Below are positions 1 to 12,600 of a stretch of DNA of 64,000 bases, one piece after another. Position numbers and translations under genes: made by a program. Positions within the stretch are counted from its first letter, which is position 1, and the number at the start of each line of letters is the position of its first letter. The stretch covers positions 32,550,001 to 32,614,000 of the forward strand of contig OZ024749.1 in the NCBI GenBank assembly GCA_964016885.1, given 5' to 3'. The notes below the pieces were generated by a model that had not been told where the DNA came from, did no database searches, and saw only the letters and a list, made by a program, of their open reading frames with translations. The stretch comes from Eledone cirrhosa. Taxonomy: Eukaryota.

Positions 1-509
1 TTGCTTCATTTCCATTTAAAAGCATTTTAAAACAATGTTTTTACTTGAAAACAAGTCTATTTAAAGACTACGTAAAACAAGCAAATATTTCGTCGTTAGG
101 CGTGCAGACAGACAGTCGTGCAGACAGGCAGTCGTGCAGAGAGGTGATATAGGCGTGCAGACAGACAGTCGTGCAGAGAGGTGATATAGGCGTGCAGACA
201 GACATAACTGATAATTTGGTTACGCTAATGTTTTTCTCAGCGTTGCAGTGTTTACATTTTCGATCTTTGTTAATAAATAACCAGTGCAGTTTTTATCCCC
301 AGCATCCTCTTTTGTTATAACATTCGGGTTATCGTTATGTTTTCTTAACTTCATAAGGCATATTGTTGGTTGAGGGAATATTAATCAAAAACACCACATG
401 CAAGTCTGCACAGTAGACACTACAGTTTTTAAGCCAAAAAAGAAACTTAAGATTGTAACTTTAACACAGCTACTGAGCGACCCCGAGCAACGCCGGGCTT
501 TACTGCTAG
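1..509 (+). mobile_element. 3' end of Helitron-like non-autonomous element (5' end not located)
   Basis: Subterminal hairpin CCCGAGCAACGCCGGG (482-497) followed by CTAG|T (506-510), the canonical Helitron 3' signature; short internal repeats at 100-203. Confidence 0.6.
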
Positions 510-664
510 TGTATAATAAATGAAGAATTAGAAATAGAAGCCAGGAATGTCCGTCATCAGTGATATATATATATATATGTAAAAGGTAAACAGAAATAAC
601 AACACAATCGGTACAGTATATGGAAGGTATGTATTAGGTTAACGCTTGTTATAGCAGGAGAGGG

Positions 665-700
665 TCTTAACATTTCGGACGCTAGTCCTTCATCAGAAGA
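665..700 (-). ncRNA. Minimal type I hammerhead ribozyme motif in a TA-adjacent PLE-LTR-like fragment
   Basis: Minus strand reads TCTT CTGATGA A GGAC TAGC GTCC GAAA T GT T AAGA. Stem I TCTT/AAGA, stem II GGAC/GTCC, loopless stem III ATGT (ACGT-like), putative GUU site. Confidence 0.65.
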
Positions 701-917
701 AAGAATGAGAAATAAAATAGATTGAGGGGACGGGCGGGATGGAATTGGAAAAAATGTCTTTAGATAAAAATAATAAGTCCATTCATGTTGACATCTCTTG
801 CAACACACATATATGTGTGTGATGTTCGGATCTAGCTGTCGAAACGGCCGGAGCTCAGCCGTCGGGGTCCTGACTCTTTTCCTATATATATATATATATT
901 TATACACACACACACAC

Positions 918-986
<69 letters not shown>

Positions 987-988
<2 letters not shown>

Positions 989-1058
989 AGGTGTCCCAAA
1001 AATGTATACACACTTCAATAGCATTCTAGTAAAAGTGTGTATATTGAGGGACATCCTG
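987..1058. mobile_element. Tiny Tc1/mariner-type MITE
   Basis: TA|CAAGGTGTCCC ... GGGACATCCTG|TA; related copy at 54041-54140. Confidence 0.55.
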
Positions 1059-1236
1059 TATATATATGTATATATATGTGTGTGTGTGCGTGTGTGTGTG
1101 TATGTGTGTGTGTGTGTGTGTGTGTATAAAGGAGGGAAAATATCTAAATAAAATAGAAGCAGAGTTGAAAGGATGATGAGGAAAGAAAGGGGGGGGGGTG
1201 AGAAGTAGTGTTGACCAGTAAGTTGCAGGTGTTTAT

Positions 1237-1596
1237 ATGATGATGATGATGATTATGATGATGGTGGTAGTGGTAGTGGTGATGATGATGATGGTAGTGG
1301 TGGTGACGATGGTGATGATGATGATGATGATGTTGGTGGTGATGGTGGTGGTGGTGGTGGTGGTGGTGGTGGTGGTGGTGGTGATGATGGTGGTGGTGGT
1401 GGTGGTGGTGGTGGTGGTGGTGGTGGTGGTGGTGACGATGGTGATGATGATGGTGGTGATGGTGGTGATGATCATGGTGGTGATGATCATGGTGGTGGTG
1501 ATGGTGGTGATGGTGGTGGTGATGATGGTGGTTCAGTTGTTTGCTTTTTATAAAATGAAGCTGCTTTTGATGCTAGGAGTGGTGTTGTTATTGTTG

Positions 1597-1644
<48 letters not shown>

Positions 1645-1671
1645 AGTTAGTGAGGGTGGTGTGGCTGTTGC

Positions 1672-1706
<35 letters not shown>

Positions 1707-1710
1707 GTAA
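1237..1710. repeat. Compound trinucleotide microsatellite (GAT/GGT/GTA)
   Basis: Directly visible. Confidence 0.95.
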
Positions 1711-2536
1711 TTAGTTAATGAGGGTGGTGAGGCTGTTGCAGTGGGTGTTGCTGGCCATTCTTCTTAACAAATGCCTGTGGCCAAGGCCTGCTGAATTACC
1801 ACCACTCAGACTTCAGACTGGGGTAAACAGTCTATACCTCTCTCCCTCCATCCCTCCACCCCCTCACCCATTCCTTCATTGCTTATTTCTATTTTTTTTT
1901 TTCTTTTCTTGCTTTCCCTTTGGTTGTTGTTGTTGTTGTTTCTCTTTCATTTAAATAATATTATTTTGTCTAACTTTACAATGTTATCTCATGGCGCACA
2001 CTTGGGGTAATATTTATGTAAATAAAGTTAGGTAGTTACTTAGTTAGTTAGATGGTCCTTAATAAAATAAGAATTTACAAACAAATATATTATATAATTG
2101 TTTGTAAATTTTATTTGGATTAATACCAAAGATATTTTGCCAACTTGTCTAACCACATTAACTAATGTACTCAACATACATATTCATGCTTTAGATTTTA
2201 CCAGTTTGGGGGGAGTGTTTTTTATTGTGGGGGTATATGGGGTATAAATAAAAACAATAACAACAATAAAAACAACAACAACAACAAAAAACAGTGGAAT
2301 GGTCCTCCATCAATGTTGTCGAAGACTATTCCAGTTGTTTGAAGGATAGTATGCCATTAGATTTTTAAATTTTTTTCCTTTTTTTCCTTTTCCCGTTTCA
2401 AAAACAATGGAATGGTTCTCCATCGGCTTAGACGATGAGTATTCCAGTTGTTTGAAGTATGATGGTGCCCTTTCTGACACCAACCCATCATGTTATGTAA
2501 GGATACGGTGTACCTATTCTAAGCTGGATACATTAA

Positions 2537-2744
2537 CCCTTTAGACGTTAAACCATCCGTATCTGGCCAGAATTCTCTCACCTCTTTCTGTTGAAACCAA
2601 ATGTAACTGGCCACTCATACTGATGTTAAGGCATTGTTCTCAAAATAAATAATATCAAAATCTCATAGATTTGATATTATGTGAGATAAAGTGTTTACTG
2701 TGAAAATATAATAGTAAATATATAGTAATGTAAATGCTAAAGAG
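2537..2744. mobile_element. piggyBac-type MITE
   Basis: TTAA|CCCTTTAG ... CTAAAGAG|TTAA termini with TTAA target duplication. Confidence 0.65.
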
Positions 2745-3254
2745 TTAAATGAAACAAATTATTTGTAAAAAAAAGCATATAATAAATTATTTTTTAAAGA
2801 ATTTTATTAAAAGACAATTTTATCTACATAAGCCTCAAATATTTTCATGAAACCCAGTTTAGGAAACACTGGTATACTGTAATCTCCTTAATCCCCTTCA
2901 TAATTATGTTTCTGATTAAATAAACTGTATTTTAATTAATTAGTGAAGAATTTGGAGTGGCTTGCTAAAATTATTATTTCATTACAACCAGATAGTATTT
3001 ATAACATAACTTAATATACGGTTCTTATGTCGAAGGTTATAATTTTAATAAAAACACTTTAACATTTTTTATATCAACCCAGCCAAAACCAGCTCTGGCT
3101 CTTTGAAACAAAACCACATATTTTAAAGTGTTCTTATTTAAATCAAAATCTTCCAACATAATTTTATATAAGAACCATATGTTAAGTTACTATCTTAGTA
3201 ATGAAGTAATTAATAATTTTAGTAAATCGCTCTAAATTATTCATAAATTTGTCT

Positions 3255-3505
3255 ACCATCCCAGGCTCTGCTGCCCACCAAGCCAAAGAGGGTAAACTGT
3301 CCAAGTATCAGTCACTCTCTGATAGGTTGTGGTAGAGCCTGTAACAGTGGAGACTTCTGGCATTCTTGGCCCTCAGACCACATCCCTATTCACTGTTATC
3401 AGAGTGGAGTTGGCCACCCACAGGTGAAAACCCTGCGAGGTGGAATGGCTGTTCCAATGTGTCTCCCTTGCCACCCTCTGGAGCAATGTATTCTCCATCC
3501 TGCCA
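3255..3505 (+). pseudogene. CRE-clade non-LTR retrotransposon C-terminal restriction-like endonuclease remnant
   Basis: Frameshifted translation PGSAAHQAKEGKLSKYQSL...EPVTVETSGILGP...EWLFQCVSLATLWSNVFSIL resembles the CRE C-terminus (AA..AE..K..KY ... P.AVET.G..G ... QR.S.A..RGN..SI). Confidence 0.7.
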
Positions 3506-3627
3506 ACCAAGACCCAGAATCAGAGGGCAATTTAGTTAGAGGTGGAGGATACTCATTTGAAATAAATTGTACTTCATTAGAAATACAGTCATGAAAAGGT
3601 TAAAATGGGTGAGGGTTTTTTTTTTCT

Positions 3628-3850
3628 TATGTCAGGTCACTCTTGAGTGCTACTGGTAGCATGTAACCTATCATAACCTGTCACATGGTCAGGTCGTCGG
3701 CGACTAATGTCACATGGTCAGGTCGCCGGCGACTAAACCGGCAACCCTACCAAGTTTACTTGGTGAGGAGGGTGATTTTGGACACCCTGCAGGACAAAAA
3801 AGAAAACCTGACAAAGAGCAAAAGAACTCATAACAGTCAACGGTCAGCTA
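3628..3850 (+). mobile_element. Diverged 5' fragment of the RTE-derived element seen at 30828 and 44869
   Basis: Shares ATGTCAGGTCAC...GGCGACTAAAC...TTGGTGAGGAGGGTGA...CCTGCAGGAC with those copies. Confidence 0.75.
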
Positions 3851-4570
3851 AAAGAAAATCTTTTTTAAATCCTGCCAAATCAATGGATGCCAGTAGTTCC
3901 AGCTGCACACATCGAAAGACTGGTGTAGTGGTTCTGACAACAATGCAGCTTTGCAGATGATTAATGTAAATTGACAATGGAAAGGAGCTCCCGCTCGAGT
4001 TAGAAGAGAACTATTGACCTTCAAGAAAAGCAGCAATCCTGATTGTATTCAGCAACTGAAACAAATATGAAATACACCAAATCCAATGCTCCAGGGGTGG
4101 CTCTGGTTCTTCTTATTTGCGAGTATAAACTCAGCCTGATTAGATTAGATTAGATTGTTTCTTTGTACCAGAGCCAGTTTTGGACTAGATTGATATGAAA
4201 AGGGTTAAAAACCATGGTTTCCTAAAATATAACACTACACTTTTAAAAATTCTGTCTGGAAAAATAGAATTGAGAGGAAGAATACTGATAGAAAGCAACC
4301 AATACTAGATACATCATGCCAATGTTTAGAACTGGATTCCATCTTAGAGAAACACATTCCACAATATCTAGAAATTCTTAACAACTCTAACAATGAAGAG
4401 TGATAAAATAAAGAAAGAAAATAAAGCTAATTTCATTTAGTGGAACAAATTCAAATTTACAATTAATAGTCAGAATTGTTCCAACAAGGGAGTATTTTAC
4501 ATAGCTGCTCAAATGTGCTAGAAATAGTAGTGAAATCCTCCTCAAATCACATCCTATGATTCTGAGTAAT

Positions 4571-5875
4571 AATTATTTCTACTTTAGGCACAAGGCCAGC
4601 AATTTGAAGGGGAAGGGGGAAGTCGATTAAATTAACCCCAGTGTATGACTGGTACTTTATTTTATCAACCCCATAACGATGAAAGACAAAGCTAACCTCA
4701 GCAGGATTTGATCTCAGAATGTAAAGAACCGTAACTCTATGCCATAAAGCATATTGTCCGACGCTCTACCGATACTGCCAATCCACCGCCCTGTAATGAT
4801 TTATGACTTAAGTACAAGGCCAACAATTTTTGGGGAAGGGTAAGTCTATTAAATCGACCCCCAGTGCATTACTGGTGCTTTATTTTATTGAACCCTGTAA
4901 GGATGAAAGGCAAAGCTAACCTTGGCGAGATTTGAACTCAGAACGTAAAGGGCCGTAACTCTATGCTGCAAAGCAGGTTGTCTGGTGCTCTACCGATACT
5001 GCTAATCCACTGCCCTTAAAAATAATAATAGTAGTTTCTAATTTAGACTCAAGATCAACTATTTATGGAGGTAGAAAACGTCAATTATATTGACTTTAGT
5101 ACTTGACTGCTACTTCACTATATTGACCCAAGGAAGGACAAAAGCAAAGCTGACTTAGGTGGGTATTGTACTTAAAAGGTAAAGAGCCAGAACAAATATC
5201 TTCAGGCATTTTTATTAATGCTCTACCGATTCGACTAGTCCATGATTCTGCTATGGCACGATGCCAACAATTTTAGAGGAGGGGAAAAGTTGATTAGATT
5301 GTCCCAGTGCATTACTGGTACATTATTTTATCAACCCCAGAAGGATGAAAGGCAAAGTAACCTCGGCGGGATTTGAACTCAGAACGTAAAGGGCCGTAAC
5401 TCTCTGCCGGTAAGTGTGGACTCCGACACCAATGATGCCAATCCACTAATAATAATAATAATTGTTTCTACTTTAGGCACAAGGCCAGCAATTTTGTTAA
5501 GGGCAGGGGAAAGTCGATTAAATCGACTCTAGTGCTTTACTGGTACTTTATTTTATCGACCCCGTAAGGATGAAAGGCAAAGCTAACTTCGGCGGGATTT
5601 GAACTCAGACCGTAAAGGGGCGTAACTCTATGTTGCAAAGCATGGCGTCCGACTCCCTACCGATACTTCCAATCCACCAACCTATAATAATTGTTTCTAC
5701 TTCTGGCACAAGGCCAGCAATTATCCCAGTGCATTACTGGTACTTTATTTTATCGACCCCGTAAGGATGAAAGGTAAAGTTAACCTCGGCGGGATTTGAA
5801 CTCAGACCATAAAGGGCCGTAACTCTTTGCTGCTAAGCATGGCGCCCGTCCTTCTACCGATACTGTCAATCCACC
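4571..5875 (-). mobile_element. Cluster of six head-to-tail tRNA-derived SINE copies (octopus-type)
   Basis: Repeated block ttgtttctact..ggcacaaggcc..ctggtactttattttatcgaccccgtaaggatgaaaggcaaag..gatttgaactcag..ctaccgatactgccaatccacc; the reverse complement carries A-box TGGCAGTATCGG and B-box GAGTTCAAATCC. Confidence 0.85.
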
Positions 5876-5939
5876 ATAGTTTCTGACAAAGGCACAAAGC
5901 CAGGAATTTGGGGAAGGGGTTAGACATGATTGACATGTG

Positions 5940-6230
5940 CAGCCGGGTTGGAAGTGGTATAAAAACTGGCAAATGAAGGATCAGTCAGCTGGTATTTACA
6001 GACAACGTGTTGCTACTTAACTCATCAGGGGTTGATCTCCAGCAAGCAGTGGATAGGTTTGCTGCTAAGTGTTGCAAAGCAGGAATGAAAATCAATGCTG
6101 CGAAGACTAAGACACTTGTGCTTTCAATAAATTCCATGCAGTGCCCTCTACATGTGAGCAGAGTTCCACTGAAGTGCGTGGAGGTGTTTAATAATCTCTG
6201 GGCCGTTTTCATAAGTGTTAGAAGATGGTT
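5940..6230 (+). pseudogene. Decayed non-LTR (RTE-like) reverse transcriptase fragment
   Basis: SQLVFTDNVLLLNSSGVDLQQAVDRFAAKCCKAGMKINAAKTKTLV: degenerate FADD motif followed by the LQ..L..F....G..IN..KTK block. Confidence 0.75.
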
Positions 6231-6627
6231 GCTTCTGATAAAACCCTCCGAAAGGCATGTCTGAGGACTCTTGCTCCACGATACTCTCAGATGCATAAGT
6301 GAGAGTAGTTCGTCAGCGTTGGTCCTCACCTGGCATTCAGCTCCCACCAGTGGCTCTTCGAAACTGTTTGCCGAAAAACAGCTTTGATTGGCTGGTCAAA
6401 CTTGGTATTGGTATCCGACGGATCCCAAACTGCTGGTGAGGGCTGCTCAGACACCCAGGACACCTGTAAAAATGTCGTAGCTCATACATTGGAAGCACTT
6501 GCTAGAAGCTACACATACGGATCAAAGAACACGAGTGTTTCTTCTATTAAGAGACGTCACGGAGAGGAGGGTCGTAATTTGCTGATATAAGAGGGTCTTC
6601 TTATAAATAGGCATACACGTTAATAGG

Positions 6628-9600
6628 CATTAACAACAGGTCTGAGCTACATGGAACAAGCTGGCTGTTGTGACATTAACAACAGGTCTGAGCTACATGG
6701 AACAAGCTGGCTGTTGTGACATTAACAACAGGTCTGAGCTGTATGGAACAAGCTGGCTGTTGTGACATTAACAACAGGTCTGAGCTGTATGGAACAAGCT
6801 GGCTGTTGTGACATTAACAACAGGTCTGAGCTGTATGGAACAAGCTGGCTGTTGTGACATTAACAACAGGTCTGAGCTGTATGGAACAAGCTGGCTGTTG
6901 TGACATTAACAAAAGATCTGAGCTGTATGGAACAAGCTGGCTGTTGTGACATTAACAAGAGATCTGAGCTGTATGGAACAAGCTGGCTGTTGTGACATTA
7001 ACAAGAGATCTGAGCTACATGGAACAAGCTGGCTGTTGTGACATTAACAAGAGATCTGAGCTGTATGGAACAAGCTGGCTGTTGTGACAGTAACAAGAGA
7101 TCTGAGCTGTATGGAACAAGCTGGCTGTTGTGACATTAACAAGAGATCTGAGCTGTATGGAACAAGCAGGCTGTTGTGACATTAACAACAGGTCTGAGCT
7201 GTATGGAACAAACTGGCTGTTGTGACATTAACAAGAGATCTGAGCTGTATGGAACAAGTTGGCTGTTGTGACATTAACAAGAGATCTGAGCTGTATGGAA
7301 CAAGCTGGCTGTTGTGACATTAACAACAGGTCTGAGCTGTATGGAACAAGCTGGCTGTTGTGACATTAACAAGAGATCTGAGTTGTATGGAACAAGCTGG
7401 CTGTTGTGACATTAACAAGAGATCTGAGCTGTATGGAACAAGCTGGCTGTTGTGACATTAACAAGAGATCTGAGCTGTATGGAACAAGCTGGCTGTTGTG
7501 ACATTAACAACAGCTCTGAGCTACATGGAACAAGCTGGCTGTTGTGACATTAACAAGAGATCTGAGCTGTATGGAACAAGCTGGCTGTTGTGACATTCAC
7601 AAGAGATCTGAACTGTATGGAGCAAGCTGGCTGTTGTGACATTAACAACAGGTCTGAGCTACATGGAACAAGCTGGCTGTTGTGACATTAACAAGAGATC
7701 TGAGCTGTATGGAACAGGCTGGCTGTTGTGACATTAACAAAAGGTCTGAGCTGTATGGAACAAGCTGGCTATTGTGACATTAACAAGAGATCTGAGCTGT
7801 ATGGAACAAGCTGGCTGTTGTGACATTAACAAGAGATCTGAGTTGTATGGAACAAGCTGGCTGTTGTGACATTAACAAGAGATCTGAGCTGTATGGAACA
7901 AGCTGGCTGTTGTGACATTAACAAGAGATCTGAGCTGTATGGAACAAGCTGGCTGTTGTGACATTAACAACAGCTCTGAGCTACATGGAACAAGCTGGCT
8001 GTTGTGACATTAACAAGAGATCTGAGCTGTATGGAACAAGCTGGCTGTTGTGACATTAACAAGAGATCTGAACTGTATGGAGCAAGCTGGCTGTTGTGAC
8101 ATTAACAAGAGATCTGAGCTGTATGGAACAAGCTGGCTGTTGTGACATTAACAACAGGTCTGAGCTACATGAAACAAGCTGGCTGTTGTGACATTAACAA
8201 CAGGTCTGAGCTGTATGGAACAAGCTGGCTGTTGTGACATTAACAAGAGATCTGAGCTACATGGAACAAGCTGGCTGTTGTGACATTAACAAGAGATCTG
8301 AGCTACATGGAACAAGCTGGCTGTTGTGACATTAACAAGAGATCTGAGCTACATGGAACAAGCTGGCTGTTGTGACATTAACAAGAGATCTGAGCTACAT
8401 GGAACAAGCTGGCTGTTGTGACATTAACAACAGGTCTGAGCTGTATGGAACAAGCTGGCTGTTGTGACATTAACAAGAGATCTGAGCTGTATGGAACAAG
8501 CTGGCTGTTGTGACATTAACAAGAGATCTGAGCTACATGGAACAAGCTGGCTGTTGTGACATTAACAAGAGATCTGAGCTACATGGAACAAGCTGGCTGT
8601 TGTGACATTAACAAGAGATCTGAGCTACATGGAACAAGCTGGCTGTTGTGACATTAACAAGAGATCTGAGCTACATGGAACAAGCTGGCTGTTGTGACAT
8701 TAACAAGAGATCTGAGCTACATGGAACAAGCTGGCTGTTGTGACATTAACAAGAGATCTGAGCTACATGGAACAAGCTGGCTGTTGTGACATTAACAACA
8801 GGTCTGAGCTGTATGGAACAAGCTGGCTGTTGTGACATTAACAAGAGATCTGAGCTGTATGGAACAAGCTGGCTGTTGTGACATTAACAACAGGTCTGAG
8901 CTGTATGGAACAAGCTGGCTGTTGTGACATTAACAAGAGATCTGAGCTGTATGGAACAAGCTGGCTGTTGTGACATTAACAAGAGATCTGGGCTGTATGG
9001 AACAAGCTGGCTGTTGTGACATTAACAAGAGATCTGAGCTGTATGGAACAAGCTGGCTGTTGTGACATTAACAAGAGATCTGAGCTACATGGAACAAGCT
9101 GGCTGTTGTGACATTAACAAGAAATCTGAGCTGTATGGAACAAGCTGGCTGTTGTGACATTAACAAGAGATCTGAGCTACATGGAACAAGCTGGCTGTTG
9201 TGACATTAACAAGAGATCTGAGCTGTATGGAACAAGCTGGCTGTTGTGACATTAACAAGAGATCTGAGCTGTATGGAACAAGCTGGCTGTTGTGACATTA
9301 ACAAGAGATCTGAGCTGTATGGAACAAGATGGCTGTTGTGACATTAACAAGAGATCTGAGCTACATGGAACAAGCTGGCTGTTGTGACATTAACAAGAGA
9401 TCTGAGCTGTATGGAACAAGCTGGCTGTTGTGACATTAACAAGAGATCTGAGCTGTATGGAACAAGCTGGCTGTTGTGACATTAACAACAGGTCTGAGCT
9501 ACATGGAACAAGCTGGCTGTTGTGACATTAACAACAGGTCTGAGCTACATGGAACAAGCTGGCTGTTGTGACATTAACAAGAGATCTGAGCTGTATGGAA

Positions 9601-12600
9601 CAAGCTGGCTGTTGTGACATTAACAACAGGTCTGAGCTACATGGAACAAGCTGGCTGTTGTGACATTAACAACAGGTCTGAGCTGTATGGAACAAGCTGG
9701 CTGTTGTGACATTAACAACAGGTCTGAGCTGTATGGAACAAGCTGGCTGTTGTGACATTAACAAAAGATCTGAGCTGTATGGAACAAGCTGGCTGTTGTG
9801 ACATTAACAAGAGATCTGAGCTGTATGGAACAAGCTGGCTGTTGTGACATTAACAAGAGATCTGAGCTACATGGAACAAGCTGGCTGTTGTGACATTAAC
9901 AAGAGATCTGAGCTGTATGGAACAAGCTGGCTGTTGTGACAGTAACAAGAGATCTGAGCTGTATGGAACAAGCTGGCTGTTGTGACATTAACAAGAGATC
10001 TGAGCTGTATGGAACAAGCAGGCTGTTGTGACATTAACAACAGGTCTGAGCTGTATGGAACAAACTGGCTGTTGTGACATTAACAAGAGATCTGAGCTGT
10101 ATGGAACAAGTTGGCTGTTGTGACATTAACAAGAGATCTGAGCTGTATGGAACAAGCTGGCTGTTGTGACATTAACAACAGGTCTGAGCTGTATGGAACA
10201 AGCTGGCTGTTGTGACATTAACAAGAGATCTGAGCTGTATGGAACAAGCTGGCTGTTGTGACATTAACAAGAGATCTGAGCTGTATGAAACAAGCTGGCT
10301 GTTGTGACATTAACAAGAGATCTGAGCTGTATGGAACAAGCTGGCTGTTGTGACATTAACAACAGGTCTGAGCTGTATGGAACAAGCTGGCTGTTGTGAC
10401 ATTAACAAGAGATCTGAGCTGTATGGAACAAGCTGGCTGTTGTGACATTAACAACAGGTCTGAGCTGTATGGAACAAGCTGGCTGTTGTGACATTAACAA
10501 CAGGTCTGAGCTGTATGGAACAAGCTGGCTGTTGTGACATTAACAAGAGATCTGAGCTGTATGGAACAAGCTGGCTGTTGTGACATTAACAAGAGATCTG
10601 AGCTACATGGAACAAGCTGGCTGTTGTGACATTAACAAGAGATCTGAGCTACATGGAACAAGCTGGCTGTTGTGACATTAACAACAGGTCTGAGCTGTAT
10701 GGAACAAGCTGGCTGTTGTGACATTAACAAGAGATCTGAGCTGTATGGAACAAGCTGGCTGTTGTGACATTAACAAGAGATCTGAGCTGTATGGAACAAG
10801 CTGGCTGTTGTGACATTAACAAGAGGTCTGAGCTGTATGGAACAAGCTGGCTGTTGTGACATTAACAACAGGTCTGAGCTGTATGGAACAAGCTGGCTGT
10901 TGTGACATTAACAAGAGATCTGAGCTGTATGGAACAAGCTGGCTGTTGTGACATTAACAACAGATCTGAGTTGTATGGAACAAGCTGGCTGTTGTGACAT
11001 TAACAAGAGATCTGAGCTGTATGGAACAAGCTGGCTGTTGTGACATTAACAACAGGTCTGAGCTGTATGGAACAAGCTGGCTGTTGTGACATTAACAACA
11101 GGTCTGAGCTGTATGGAACAAGCTGGCTGTTGTGACATTAACAAGAGATCTGAGCTGTATGGAACAAGCTGGCTGTTGTGACATTAACAAGAGATCTGAG
11201 CTGTATGGAACAAGCTGGCTGTTGTGACATTAACAAGAGATCTGAGCTACATGGAACAAGCTGGCTGTTGTGACATTAACAAGAGATCTGAGCTACATGG
11301 AACAAGCTGGCTGTTGTGACATTAACAAGAGATCTGAGCTGTATGGAACAAGCTGGCTGTTGTGACATTAACAAGAGATCTGAGCTGTATGGAACAAGCT
11401 GGCTGTTGTGACATTAACAACAGGTCTGAGCTACATGGAACAAGCTGGCTGTTGTGACATTAACAACAGGTCTGAGCTGTATGGAACAAGCTGGCTGTTG
11501 TGACATTAACAACAGGTCTGAGCTGTATGGAACAAGCTGGCTGTTGTGACATTAACAAAAGATCTGAGCTGTATGGAACAAGCTGGCTGTTGTGACATTA
11601 ACAAGAGATCTGAGCTGTATGGAACAAGCTGGCTGTTGTGACATTAACAAGAGATCTGAGCTACATGGAACAAGCTGGCTGTTGTGACATTAACAAGAGA
11701 TCTGAGCTGTATGGAACAAGCTGGCTGTTGTGACAGTAACAAGAGATCTGAGCTGTATGGAACAAGCTGGCTGTTGTGACATTAACAAGAGATCTGAGCT
11801 GTATGGAACAAGCAGGCTGTTGTGACATTAACAACAGGTCTGAGCTGTATGGAACAAACTGGCTGTTGTGACATTAACAAGAGATCTGAGCTGTATGGAA
11901 CAAGTTGGCTGTTGTGACATTAACAAGAGATCTGAGCTGTATGGAACAAGCTGGCTGTTGTGACATTAACAACAGGTCTGAGCTGTATGGAACAAGCTGG
12001 CTGTTGTGACATTAACAAGAGATCTGAGTTGTATGGAACAAGCTGGCTGTTGTGACATTAACAAGAGATCTGAGCTGTATGGAACAAGCTGGCTGTTGTG
12101 ACATTAACAAGAGATCTGAGCTGTATGGAACAAGCTGGCTGTTGTGACATTAACAACAGCTCTGAGCTACATGGAACAAGCTGGCTGTTGTGACATTAAC
12201 AAGAGATCTGAGCTGTATGGAACAAGCTGGCTGTTGTGACATTCACAAGAGATCTGAACTGTATGGAGCAAGCTGGCTGTTGTGACATTAACAACAGGTC
12301 TGAGCTACATGGAACAAGCTGGCTGTTGTGACATTAACAAGAGATCTGAGCTGTATGGAACAGGCTGGCTGTTGTGACATTAACAAAAGGTCTGAGCTGT
12401 ATGGAACAAGCTGGCTATTGTGACATTAACAAGAGATCTGAGCTGTATGGAACAAGCTGGCTGTTGTGACATTAACAAGAGATCTGAGTTGTATGGAACA
12501 AGCTGGCTGTTGTGACATTAACAAGAGATCTGAGCTGTATGGAACAAGCTGGCTGTTGTGACATTAACAAGAGATCTGAGCTGTATGGAACAAGCTGGCT

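Larger units (their letters stand above)
3059..4208. mobile_element. piggyBac-type MITE ends enclosing retroelement fragments
   Basis: Left TTAACATTTTTTATATCAACCCAGCCAAAACCAGCTCTGG is an imperfect inverted match to right CCAGAGCCAGTTTTGGACTAGATTGATATGAAAAGGGTTAA. Confidence 0.5.
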
